Positions 44,928 to 54,358 of a stretch of 64,000 bases of DNA are shown here, piece by piece (the stretch's first letter is position 1; each line of letters opens with the position of its first letter). Source of the DNA: Candidatus Kerfeldbacteria bacterium (GTDB lineage: Bacteria > Patescibacteriota > Patescibacteriia > UBA10025 > JAHIVO01); contig JACROE010000002.1 of the NCBI GenBank assembly GCA_016214565.1, positions 280,007-344,006 on the forward strand. Reading direction: 5' to 3'. Position numbers and translations under genes: made by a program. Below the pieces are notes generated by a model. The model was not told the DNA's origin. It saw only the letters and a program-made list of their open reading frames with translations, and ran no database searches.

Positions 44928-46460
44928 ATGGCAGACGGACTACTCATCTGGATCATCCTCACCGCAGTAAGCATCCCCGGCGGCATGATCGTCGGCTGGT
45001 GGGGTCGCAAAGTCTGGGCAGTGAAACAAATCAACACTGCCGAGGCGCGACTCAATCAGCAAATCATTGACACTAAAAATAAACAGCGCGAGCTCCTCAT
45101 CCAAGCCAAAGACAAGGCGCTGGAGATCACTGAGGAAGCATCGAAAGAGGCGGAACGCTCGAAGAAAGAGCTGCGCCACCTGCAGGAACGCTTGGAAAAT
45201 CGAGAAACCCTCTTCGACAAGAAATTGATCGAACTCGAAGATCGCCAGACCAAAATCCAGGAAAAAAATGAACAGCTGGAACACGCCAAAGTGGAAATCG
45301 GTAAAATCCGCGAAGAGCAAATCGCCAAATTGGAGCGCATTGCCGAATTGACCAAAGAAGATGCCAAACGCGTCCTCATGGAAAACACCCAAAACGAAAT
45401 CAAGGATGAACTGGCTCGCCGCATTATCAAACTCCAGCAAGAATCCCAGGAAAACCTTGAGCGGGAAGCTAAGAATCTCTTGAGCAGCGTCATCCAGCGC
45501 ACCGCCAGCTCGCACGCGGCAGAAACCACCACCACCGTGGTGCATTTGCCCAATGACGAAATGAAAGGACGCATCATCGGTAAAGAAGGTCGTAATATCA
45601 AAGCGCTCGAGCAGCAAACCGGCGTGGAAATCATCGTGGATGAAACGCCTGAATCAATTATCATTTCCGGCTTCTCGCCGATCCGCCGCCACCTGGCCAA
45701 ACGCGCCCTGGAAATCCTGATCCAGGACGGTCGGATCCACCCAGGACGCATCGAAGAAGCAATTGATAAAGCGCGCAAAGACCTGTCGCTCGACATCAAG
45801 AAAGCCGGCGAAGAAGCCGCCTACGAAGTCGGCATTGCTGGCCTCCCGCCCAAACTCATTCAAATCATTGGCCGCCTCAAATACCGCACCAGCTACGGCC
45901 AAAATATCTTGCGCCACTCTATCGAGGTTTCCAATCTCGCCACCTTGCTGGCTGAGGAACTCGGTGCCAATGTGGCCATCGCCAAGAAAGGCGCTTTCCT
46001 CCACGACATCGGTAAAGCAGTCGATCACGACGTCCAGGGTACCCACATGGGTATCGGCGGAGACATCGGTCGCAAATTCGGACTGTCACAAGAAATTATC
46101 GATTGTATCGAAGGGCACCATGAAGATACTCCGAAATCACTGGAAGCAATTATCGTCCAAGTGGCTGACGCCATCTCTGGTGCACGGCCGGGCGCGCGCA
46201 AAGACACCTACGAGCAATACATCAAACGGCTTGATGAACTCGAGGGCATTGCCAAGAGCTTCGAAGGTGTGGAGAAAACCTACGCCATCCAAGCTGGCCG
46301 TGAAGTACGTGTCTTCGTGGTACCGGACAAAATCGATGACTTCGCCGCAGTAGAATTAGCTCGCGCCATTGCCAAGAAGATCGAAGATGAATTGAAGTAT
46401 CCGGGTGAAATCAAAGTCACGCTGATCCGCGAGAAACGCATTATCGAGTACGCCAGATAA
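44928..46460 (+). CDS. rny: ribonuclease Y
   Basis: N-terminal TM, coiled coil, KH domain (IIGKEGRNIKALEQQTGVEII) and HD domain (HSIEVSNLA...FLHDIGK...H). Confidence 0.9.
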   Translation: MADGLLIWIILTAVSIPGGMIVGWWGRKVWAVKQINTAEARLNQQIIDTKNKQRELLIQAKDKALEITEEASKEAERSKKELRHLQERLENRETLFDKKLIELEDRQTKIQEKNEQLEHAKVEIGKIREEQIAKLERIAELTKEDAKRVLMENTQNEIKDELARRIIKLQQESQENLEREAKNLLSSVIQRTASSHAAETTTTVVHLPNDEMKGRIIGKEGRNIKALEQQTGVEIIVDETPESIIISGFSPIRRHLAKRALEILIQDGRIHPGRIEEAIDKARKDLSLDIKKAGEEAAYEVGIAGLPPKLIQIIGRLKYRTSYGQNILRHSIEVSNLATLLAEELGANVAIAKKGAFLHDIGKAVDHDVQGTHMGIGGDIGRKFGLSQEIIDCIEGHHEDTPKSLEAIIVQVADAISGARPGARKDTYEQYIKRLDELEGIAKSFEGVEKTYAIQAGREVRVFVVPDKIDDFAAVELARAIAKKIEDELKYPGEIKVTLIREKRIIEYAR

Positions 46461-46662
46461 AAAGGGACAGAAGGCAGTAACGGGATTCAGAAGACAATAC
46501 GGCAAAACGAGCTTAAGTGCTCCTAACAATTGTCATTCTGAACGAAGTGAAGAATATATCCTTCCCCTTCGACTCACTCGTTCGCTCAGGGTCAGGATGA
46601 CAAACCACCTTTACTCAACACTCCTTCTCATTCCCTAAAGCCCTATTCCCTTATAAACCTTT

Positions 46663-47469
46663 ATGCCCTCTCAAGCCCTATCAATCCTCTTCTTCGGCGA
46701 TATCGTCGGCAAACCAGGCCGTAAGGCGGTCATTGCGGCGCTCCCCGAATTGAAGAAAAAATACCAGCCAGATCTCGTCATCGCCAATGTCGAGAATCTG
46801 GCCCATGGCATCGGCGTGACCAAGAAAACGCTGGATGAAATCAAGTCAGCTGGCGTGGAATTCTTCACCTCGGGCAATCATATCTGGGGCAAACCTGAGG
46901 TCTATGACATCTTCAAAGACGCTGACTACCCCTTGATCCGGCCCGATAACTACGGCACTTCCGTGCCCGGCACTGGTGCCCGGGAGGTGCGCGTTGGCGA
47001 GCATACCCTGCTTGTGATAAACTTACATGGACAGGTATTTATTCCCGAAGAACTTGAAAATCCATTCACTGCCCTCGACCATATCCTGACTGACCATCGC
47101 GGCCCCTACGCTGGTATCATCGTGGATTTCCACGCCGAGGCCACCTCGGAGAAAGTCGCCTTTGGCTGGCACTCCGATGGCCGGGTGAGCGCGGTGCTCG
47201 GCACGCATACCCATGTGCCCACGGCTGATGAGCGCATCCTGCCCCAGGGGACAGCCTATCTCTCCGACGTCGGCATGTGTGGATTGCGCAATTCTGTCAT
47301 CGGCATCGACACCGACGTGATTCTGGATAAATTCCGCGGGGTGGACTCACGGGCGCACGAGATCACTGACCATGGTGAGGCGGTCGTAAACGCTGTTATC
47401 CTGACCATCGACCCCACCACCGGCCACACAATAACTATTGATCGCATTCAACAATTTCTAACTGTATAA
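46663..47469 (+). CDS. ymdB: YmdB-family metallophosphoesterase (2',3'-cyclic nucleotide phosphodiesterase)
   Basis: Calcineurin-like motifs (ILFFGDIVG; ANVENLAHG; GNH). Conserved rny-ymdB synteny as in Bacillus. Confidence 0.85.
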   Translation: MPSQALSILFFGDIVGKPGRKAVIAALPELKKKYQPDLVIANVENLAHGIGVTKKTLDEIKSAGVEFFTSGNHIWGKPEVYDIFKDADYPLIRPDNYGTSVPGTGAREVRVGEHTLLVINLHGQVFIPEELENPFTALDHILTDHRGPYAGIIVDFHAEATSEKVAFGWHSDGRVSAVLGTHTHVPTADERILPQGTAYLSDVGMCGLRNSVIGIDTDVILDKFRGVDSRAHEITDHGEAVVNAVILTIDPTTGHTITIDRIQQFLTV

Positions 47470-47476
47470 TGCTCGT

Positions 47477-47776
47477 ATGAATAAAGCAGAACTCATCAAT
47501 CGCATAGCCCAAAAAGTGGGTGTCTCAAAAAAACAAGCAGAAGATATGCTTGACGCGTTCGAGCATATTACGATTGAATCACTCCAGCACGGTGAAGAGG
47601 TGACCCTGACCGGGTTTGGCACCTTCATCGCCAAGCTTCGCACTGCCCGCGGCGGCGTCAATCCGCAGAAGCCATCCGAGCGCATCCAGATCCCGCAGGT
47701 AACCATCCCGAAATTCCGCGCTGGTAAGACCCTCAAGGACGCCCTGAAGAAAAAACCCGACGCGCCACAGCAGTAA
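47477..47776 (+). CDS. hup: HU-family DNA-binding protein
   Basis: MNKAELINRIAQKVGVSKKQAE...GFGTF...R.G.NPQ arm. Length 99 aa. Confidence 0.9.
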   Translation: MNKAELINRIAQKVGVSKKQAEDMLDAFEHITIESLQHGEEVTLTGFGTFIAKLRTARGGVNPQKPSERIQIPQVTIPKFRAGKTLKDALKKKPDAPQQ

Positions 47777-47798
47777 TACATTTCCATGCATTCCCCAA

Positions 47799-47830
47799 GC
47801 CCCGTTCATCAGAGCGGGGTTTTTGGTTTT
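47799..47830 (+). terminator. rho-independent terminator after hup
   Basis: ccccgttcatcagagcgggg followed by tttttggtttt. Confidence 0.7.
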
Positions 47831-47930
47831 GCAAAAACGCCCGTAGATCGTTTTCACACGGTATATTGACAATGTTGTTTATATGTACTAAGGTCAGGTG
47901 AAACCAAAACCATTTGCTTCGGAGGGAATA

Positions 47931-48257
47931 ATGAACATTCAAACACATGCCGAAATCTGTAGCGTGCTCTGTGAGTTCTTCGGTAAAACAAAACCAGCCG
48001 AAGAAACGATTTTCACAATTCGTCAGCCGATTAGAAACTCGGATGCGATACTTGATTTCAGATTCCTAAATCACTTAGGAATTGAAGCGGATTACTACGT
48101 AGGCAGTGGGAAAGGGCATGCTCGTATTGCGCACCTCGCCATGAAATCAGTATGGTTCGCGGGGTTCGATGAGTGCGATCTCCTCATTCTCGGGCAAAAT
48201 ACAAACGGCATTCCTATGACCGTAACAATCAAGAAAGATTATTCGATGGAGCTCTGA
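47931..48257 (+). CDS. hypothetical protein (about 108 aa)
   Basis: GGAGG 6 nt upstream of the ATG at 47931. TAAGGT-type promoter at 47866..47894. Hairpin terminator at about 48326..48352. Confidence 0.5.
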   Translation: MNIQTHAEICSVLCEFFGKTKPAEETIFTIRQPIRNSDAILDFRFLNHLGIEADYYVGSGKGHARIAHLAMKSVWFAGFDECDLLILGQNTNGIPMTVTIKKDYSMEL

Positions 48258-48426
48258 ACGCCGGAGGCACTCGAACATCTCGTCAGGAAAAAATTGAAAA
48301 AGTAACAACCGAATACCTCGGTAAACCGTCGGCACCTTGCTGACGGTTTTATTTTACTAAAGAAATTAAAAAAGCCCGCCGATAGAAACTACCGACAGGC
48401 TTTTGATTTGTGATGAATCGACTGGA

Positions 48427-49173
48427 TTAGAGTCGAACCACCAACGCGGTGCAATTATCCATACTGCCCTGAGTCAGGGCGACACTGACTAACCATTCGG
48501 CCAACACCCGCGGCGAACGCTTGCGCTTAGCCAAGGTATTCATCTTTTCCGGTGAGACGAATTCCCAGACGCCATCACAGACGAGGCAGATGAAACGAGC
48601 TGAGAGCTCATTGGTGAAATGGATTACCTCCGGATCCGGAATAACGCCGGGAGCATACTGAGGATTGTTCAGGGCGCGGGTCACCATGAGGCCGCGTGTG
48701 CCGTCATTCCTGAGAACGCGATACGTACCACTGAGTAGAACAATGGTACCGCCCGCCTGCGCCACCCGATCACGCTCAATTTCGTGAGTAAGTCGATGCG
48801 GCTCATTTATGACGAGCTCACCACCGAGCGCAAGCATGACGCACTGGCTATCACCCGCCACAGCGCAGGTAAGCTGGTCATGGTGACGAATAACCACGAG
48901 TGCGGTTGTGCCACCGATTTTGCCGGCCAGCTCCTGATTGACCTGACGAAACAAATCCGTCAAATACTCCCTAGTCGGTGGATGCTGCTGTCCGGAAGAC
49001 AGTTTGAGAGCAAAAAGGCGCGCTGCCTCAGCCGATCCCTCACCGCCGACGTGCCCATCGAAAAGCCCAGCGATCCACCCCTGTGGTGTTTCGAAAAAGA
49101 AATAAGCGTCCTCCATAGTCGGACGCGGACCTTTCTGTGAAGCAACGCCCCACAGCTTTTTTTGGATACTCAT
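48427..49173 (-). CDS. PP2C-family Ser/Thr protein phosphatase
   Basis: Metal-binding motifs GLFDGHVGG and DNCTALVV. Length 248 aa. Confidence 0.85.
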   Translation of the reverse strand: MSIQKKLWGVASQKGPRPTMEDAYFFFETPQGWIAGLFDGHVGGEGSAEAARLFALKLSSGQQHPPTREYLTDLFRQVNQELAGKIGGTTALVVIRHHDQLTCAVAGDSQCVMLALGGELVINEPHRLTHEIERDRVAQAGGTIVLLSGTYRVLRNDGTRGLMVTRALNNPQYAPGVIPDPEVIHFTNELSARFICLVCDGVWEFVSPEKMNTLAKRKRSPRVLAEWLVSVALTQGSMDNCTALVVRL

Positions 49174-49406
49174 TATTTCCTCCTCCGGAAATATATTAAA
49201 AACAGTTAATGTGCAATTAATGTGCTAACCTACCATATCTGCATACCAGAAGTCAACCCTCATAGACTTAAGGTAGGTTTCATTCAGTTTTCATAAAATG
49301 GGGTACCCCATCGAGCTCGGCTCGATGGGGAAAGGGGCACACGAGCTGAGGGTGGAGTGGGGAGACGCAAAGTCTCCACACGTAATCCGAACCTCGTGAT
49401 GACCCG

Positions 49407-49482
49407 TGGTGGGCGCGCTAGGACTCGAACCTAGGACATGGTGTGTATAAGACACCCGCTCTACCAACTGAGCTACGCGCCC
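49407..49482 (-). tRNA. tRNA-Ile with a UAU anticodon (reads AUA), CCA encoded
   Basis: Acceptor GGGCGCG/CGCGCCC. Anticodon stem GGTGT/ACACC with loop CTTATAC. T-arm CTAGG-TTCGAGT-CCTAG. 76 nt. Confidence 0.75.
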
Positions 49483-49666
49483 TTAATGCTTGCAGGGACA
49501 TTTAACGGGCTTACCAATTCCGACGTTTCAGTCGGAATCCCGACCGCTTCGCGTCGGGACTGAGCTACGCGCCCTTAATGCTTGCAGGGACATTTAACGG
49601 GCTTACCAATTCCGACGTTTCAGTCGGAATCCCGACCGCTTCGCGTCGGGACTGAGCTACGCGCCC
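49483..49666. repeat. two perfect tandem copies of a 92-bp unit directly upstream (tRNA sense) of tRNA-Ile; each unit ends with the tRNA 5' terminal 16 nt (GGGCGCGTAGCTCAGT in tRNA sense)
   Basis: The fragment gagctacgcgccc recurs at 49470..49482 (the real tRNA), 49562..49574 and 49654..49666. The intervening 76 nt are identical and contain ccgac...gtcgg hairpins. A third, degenerate copy with similar hairpins runs to about 49830 and ends in actacgcgcccgtaatta. Confidence 0.85.
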
Positions 49667-49912
49667 GTAATTATTACATTATACTACTTGCTACCAACCC
49701 CGACGTTCCTGCAGCTCGGGAAGTCGGGGCTCCGACCTTGCGTCGGAGCTGAGTCCCGTCCCGACGCAGTAGCGTCGTGGACGTGGATCCTCGATCCGGC
49801 TTTGCCGGATCGGGACTACGCGCCCGTAATTATGAACTTCACTATATCAAAATAACGCAAAAAACCGCCTTACCGGTATACACCTATTGTGGTGAAACGG
49901 CAAGCGATGAGC

Positions 49913-50923
49913 CTAGGCCGTGCGTATGCCTAATCGATTCAATAGCCGGACGACTTTGCTCTCGGCGCGGGATTTATCTAATTCAGTGAAGAGGAGTGTC
50001 CAGGCAGAATACTGGAAGGCCACATACATTGAACCAACCAGAGCGGCCACGAGGAACCAAACAATCGTCATGGCCACCACCGCAACGGCGAAGCCTGAAG
50101 CAGAGCCGAAGAAGGTAGCGGCGATGCCGATCAAGATAAACGGCACCGAGGCAAGCCCGATACCAATGGCGATCACTAATCCTGCCACCAAGCCGAGGAC
50201 CACAATCAGTAAGGCCATCTCCACACTAATAATCCAATTAGCTTTGAATAATTGCCAGCCGAGACGGACCGCCTCTATGGCTGATTTCTCCTTCAGCACG
50301 ATATAGGCAACCGCGTACCGCAGCATGAAGGACACAATCACCGAAATCGGAATCAGGATCAGGAAGATAAAGAATATAAATGCAATCCCGCCGGCCAAAC
50401 TCTCCCGCTCGAGGAACCAGGAAACCAAGACGCTGCCCAAAACCGCCAGCAGGGCATACCAGAGCCCGCGGAGAAGCAGTGTCACCCCCAGTACTGAACC
50501 GAAATGGCGATTACCAACTTGATAGGCCTCTTGGTAAACCACCTTTTTATTCGCGTTTAATTTTTTGGCACTATCGAAGAGGGCGATTTGCGAAACAATT
50601 GATAGCCAGAGGATCAAAATCGTCACCACGAAGAGCAGCAGAAGGAAAAGAAACCCCTGCGCGGGATAAGCGCCGAAGAATTCGCGAATGTTTCCAAAAA
50701 TGGTACCAAAAATTCCATCCTGATAGAATGTCTGGATGCTCAAGATCGTCTTCGAGGTGCCCGTGACACTGGAGTAATTCTGGAACAATGATTCCAGCTC
50801 TCCACCCACGCCGAGGAAGGCGGCAAAGAAGCCAAAAAACCACAGAATCTTATTCTTCTTAGTCAGTTCATACGCGCGCTTGAGAATAGCGCGGTAGGAA
50901 AACGAATTGCGCAATGGGCTCAT
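49913..50923 (-). CDS. polytopic membrane protein (336 aa), hypothetical
   Basis: About 8 hydrophobic helices. No recognisable motif. Confidence 0.55.
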   Translation of the reverse strand: MSPLRNSFSYRAILKRAYELTKKNKILWFFGFFAAFLGVGGELESLFQNYSSVTGTSKTILSIQTFYQDGIFGTIFGNIREFFGAYPAQGFLFLLLLFVVTILILWLSIVSQIALFDSAKKLNANKKVVYQEAYQVGNRHFGSVLGVTLLLRGLWYALLAVLGSVLVSWFLERESLAGGIAFIFFIFLILIPISVIVSFMLRYAVAYIVLKEKSAIEAVRLGWQLFKANWIISVEMALLIVVLGLVAGLVIAIGIGLASVPFILIGIAATFFGSASGFAVAVVAMTIVWFLVAALVGSMYVAFQYSAWTLLFTELDKSRAESKVVRLLNRLGIRTA

Positions 50924-50960
50924 ACTTTTTTCCTCCTAATGTTTGTTAGCACAGGCCAGC

Positions 50961-52787
50961 TCAGGCTGAGACCCGAATTGGCTTAAGGTCAGTCATAAGC
51001 TTTTCGAATTCCTGACGCTCCAGCGTCTCCTGTTTCAGCAATGTTTCAGCGATCCGATTCAAATACACGCGGTATTTCTTGATCAGGCGCTCGGCCGTGG
51101 CATAGGCGTCTTGGACCAGGGTCAGGACTTCTTGGTCAATGAGCTGAGCGGTTTTTTCGCTGTAATCGCGGCGCTCGTGGATCTCACGCCCTAAGAATAC
51201 CATTTCTTCGCGTTCTCCGTAAGTGCGGGCGCCTAATTTCTTGCTCATGCCGTAGCGCGTCACGATTTGGTTCGCCAGCAGGGTGACATTCTGCAAATCA
51301 TTGCTGGCGCCGGTGGTAATCTCGCCAAACACCTCGGCTTCGGAAACGCGACCGCCGAGCATCACCGCCAATTCATCAACGAATTCAGAACGTGAGTGCA
51401 GCCGTTTATCCTGGGAGGGGACTTTCAGGGTGTAGCCGCCAGCTTTGCCGCGCGAGATGATAGAAACCTTATGTACGGGATCAGCATGGGGTAAAACATG
51501 AGCGACCAAGGCATGGCCAGCCTCATGATAAGCAATGATTTTCTTTTCCTCGGGAGTAATGACGCGGCTCTTGCGTTCCGGCCCGAGCATAACTTTTTCA
51601 ATGCTCTCCAGGCACTCCGTCTGGCTGATCTGTTTTTTCTCTCGGCGGGCGGCCAATAATGCCGCTTCATTTAACACATTGGCTAAATCAGCACCGGAGA
51701 AACCGGGGGTCCGTTCCGCCACTTCCCGCAGTCTGACGGTTTGGTCAAGCGGTTTTTTGCGGGCGTGTACCTTGAGAATGTCTTCTCGGTCATTAATATC
51801 CGGATCGTCTAATACCACGCGGCGATCAAACCGGCCCGGGCGCAATAACGCTGGATCAAGCACATCGGGACGATTGGTGGCGGCCATCACAATGACATTG
51901 GTATCGGTATCAAATCCGTCCATCTCCACCAAAATCTGATTCAGGGTTTGCTCCCGCTCATCATGCGAACCGCCCATACCCGTGCCGCGCTGGCGGCCGA
52001 CCGCATCAATTTCATCCACGAAGACAATGCAGGGCGCGGCGCGCTTGGCGCGTTTGAAGAGGTCGCGCACGCGGGAGGCGCCCACACCCACGAACATTTC
52101 TACGAATTCCGAGCCAGACATATGGAAGAACGGCACATTAGCTTCACCAGCCACTGCTTTGGCCAATAACGTCTTACCGGTACCGGGAGAACCAATCAGC
52201 AGGACGCCCTTAGGAATCGTGGCGCCCAAAGCGAGGAATTTCGCCGGGTTCTTCAGGAAGTCAATCACCTCTTTCAGCTCTTCTTTGGCTTCTTTGACGC
52301 CGGCCACGTCTTTAAATAATACTTTCTTCTTCGGCGCTTGATCTTTTGAATCCCGAGCCGTGCTCTGACCAAATGACATGGCGCGGGAATTCGCTCCTTG
52401 CACCTGACGCATCATGATCCAGAAGAAAAGGATAATCAGCAAAAAGGGAAAGGCAAATGGCAGAATCGCCCCGATCCAAAAGCCGAAGCCCGCTTCACTC
52501 TTTACTTCAATATTCACCGCCTGGATTTGCTCCGGGAGCACACCGTAATCAGCCAATAAGGCGGGTACGCTATCGGATTCCTTGGTTGACTCAAAGGTTT
52601 GGCCGTCGCGCGTTTTAATCGTCAAGGTGTTCGCATCGACCGTGATCGTTTCGATGGTACCCTCTCGGACTTTCTGCACTACACCACTGAAGGCCAGCGG
52701 TTCGGGCTTGTTTGACTGGTTATTAAAAATGCTAAATACCAGCATCACGCCGATAAATACGGTGATAAAGATCAGTACATTTTTCAT
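50961..52787 (-). CDS. ftsH: ATP-dependent zinc metalloprotease FtsH
   Basis: Walker A motif [18 protein letters not shown] region. Zinc motif HEAGHALV. Start set at ATG 52787 ([13 protein letters not shown] helix). The track start at 52817 is TTG. Confidence 0.9.
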   Translation of the reverse strand: MKNVLIFITVFIGVMLVFSIFNNQSNKPEPLAFSGVVQKVREGTIETITVDANTLTIKTRDGQTFESTKESDSVPALLADYGVLPEQIQAVNIEVKSEAGFGFWIGAILPFAFPFLLIILFFWIMMRQVQGANSRAMSFGQSTARDSKDQAPKKKVLFKDVAGVKEAKEELKEVIDFLKNPAKFLALGATIPKGVLLIGSPGTGKTLLAKAVAGEANVPFFHMSGSEFVEMFVGVGASRVRDLFKRAKRAAPCIVFVDEIDAVGRQRGTGMGGSHDEREQTLNQILVEMDGFDTDTNVIVMAATNRPDVLDPALLRPGRFDRRVVLDDPDINDREDILKVHARKKPLDQTVRLREVAERTPGFSGADLANVLNEAALLAARREKKQISQTECLESIEKVMLGPERKSRVITPEEKKIIAYHEAGHALVAHVLPHADPVHKVSIISRGKAGGYTLKVPSQDKRLHSRSEFVDELAVMLGGRVSEAEVFGEITTGASNDLQNVTLLANQIVTRYGMSKKLGARTYGEREEMVFLGREIHERRDYSEKTAQLIDQEVLTLVQDAYATAERLIKKYRVYLNRIAETLLKQETLERQEFEKLMTDLKPIRVSA

Positions 52788-52865
52788 TAGATTTCTGCCC
52801 ATGGGAAGTGTTTCCAAGCCAATAATTAAATGCGAAAACGACGAATGCGTCGGAGTACAGTATAA

Positions 52866-52921
52866 CCAAAAAACGCACGTTCTGCAATCCTCCGCAAGCG
52901 GAGAATCAAAAACGTGCGTTT
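52866..52921 (-). terminator. rho-independent terminator after rpsA (nested hairpin + T6)
   Basis: Minus strand reads aaacgcacgtttttgattctccgcttgcggaggattgcagaacgtgcgtttttt. Confidence 0.65.
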
Positions 52922-52945
52922 AAATGAATTGAAGTGAAGTCAATC

Positions 52946-54187
52946 CTACTCAGCCGGTGCTTCAGTCGATGACGGCGCGGCTGGCTCTGCGGTTGCTTCG
53001 GGTGCTGCCACTGGAGTTTCCGCAGTCACTGGTGCAGCTGCTGACGTTTCAGCGGTTGCCGCTGCCTCAGGTTTCTCGGCAGACTCCTTTTTCTCATGAG
53101 CCGCCTTCAGGGATAGGCCTAAGCGATGGTCGCGGGGTTCAATGGAGAGAATCTTAAAATCATACGTTTGCCCAACGGCAATCACTTCGGCGGGATCGCT
53201 GATCCGTTTGTCCGAGAGCTCGGAGATATGGGCTAGGCCATGAATGTCTTTATCTAATTCAACAAAGGCGCCAAATGGATTCGTTTTGAGGACAATGCCC
53301 GAAACAACTTGACCAACTTTATATTTCTCCACGACATTCTTCCAGGGATCATCATGCAATGCTTTGATCGACAATGAAATGCGAGATTTGTCGAGGCTAA
53401 TTATTTTCGCCTGCACGTTGTCACCGACTTTGATATAATCTTTCGGATTGTCGATGCGTTGCCAGGCTAATTCGGAAATATGTACCAAACCTTCCAAATT
53501 TTCGCCGAACTCAATGAATGCGCCGAAATCAACCACACCCGTCACGCGCCCTTCAATGACGTCGCCGACATGATAGGCAGAGATAATCTTCTGCTGTTTT
53601 TCTTCCCAGGCGGCTTTTTCTGAAACAATCAGCTTGTTTTCCACTTCATTCACGTCTAATACTTTTACTTTCAGTGCCGTGCCGATGAAGGCTGATAAAA
53701 GTTCAAGAATCTTATTTTTATCTCCACCTTCCACGCGGGGATAGTGCTCGACGGTCAGCTGAGAAACAGGTAAGAACCCATCGATGTTGCCGATCTTCAC
53801 CATCAATCCGCCTTTATTCGCTTCGGTAATCGGCGCGTCAATGACGGTGCCTTCTTTCTGCAGCCGTTCCAATTCGGTCCAGGCCTTCTGATGGCCGGCT
53901 TGGCGGAACGATAATTCCATTTCACCGCGTTCATTTTCTAAATCCAAAACGGTCGCCTCGACGGCATCGCCGACTTTCAGATTGCTGTAGGTGCCGGATT
54001 CATCAATCATTTCTTTGCCGCGCACCACGCCGGTCGTGATACCGTCAATATCCAAATTAACCTCATTGCTTGAGGCATTAATCACGGTAGCAGTAACCAC
54101 GTCGCCAACCGCAGGTAATTTCGGCTGGTCGCCGCTATCAAGTAAATCCTGCATGGCTGAGCGCACAACTGTCGTATCGGTTGTCAT
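52946..54187 (-). CDS. rpsA: 30S ribosomal protein S1 homologue (four S1 domains plus an Ala/Pro/Glu-rich C-terminal tail)
   Basis: Repeated S1-domain motifs (GDVVTATV...; VGDAVEATVLD; GDVIEGRVTGVVDFGAFIEF; VGQVVSGIVLKTNPFGAFVEL). Confidence 0.85.
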   Translation of the reverse strand: MTTDTTVVRSAMQDLLDSGDQPKLPAVGDVVTATVINASSNEVNLDIDGITTGVVRGKEMIDESGTYSNLKVGDAVEATVLDLENERGEMELSFRQAGHQKAWTELERLQKEGTVIDAPITEANKGGLMVKIGNIDGFLPVSQLTVEHYPRVEGGDKNKILELLSAFIGTALKVKVLDVNEVENKLIVSEKAAWEEKQQKIISAYHVGDVIEGRVTGVVDFGAFIEFGENLEGLVHISELAWQRIDNPKDYIKVGDNVQAKIISLDKSRISLSIKALHDDPWKNVVEKYKVGQVVSGIVLKTNPFGAFVELDKDIHGLAHISELSDKRISDPAEVIAVGQTYDFKILSIEPRDHRLGLSLKAAHEKKESAEKPEAAATAETSAAAPVTAETPVAAPEATAEPAAPSSTEAPAE

Positions 54188-54358
54188 AATATGATGTATG
54201 TTTGAGGGGCAAACCGGAGATGGCAGAATAAACTGAGATAGATGCCTATCCAGCGCTCCTCAAAGGGAGTTAATAATTAGATTAGTAATGTGTACCGGAT
54301 ACCGTACACCAAAGCCTATTTTTTGGCAAGGGGGGGTTGTGGGGGGTATACTATATCT

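Noticed and set aside
44940-45799. Long antisense ORFs (225 and 247 aa) opposite rny
   Set aside because: The rny assignment is unambiguous (TM, KH and HD domains). The antisense frames are open only because of the biased composition of the coiled-coil-coding region.
49483-49830. CRISPR array
   Set aside because: The repeat units are 92 bp and identical, including their spacer part. They contain a tRNA 5' fragment. No cas genes are nearby.
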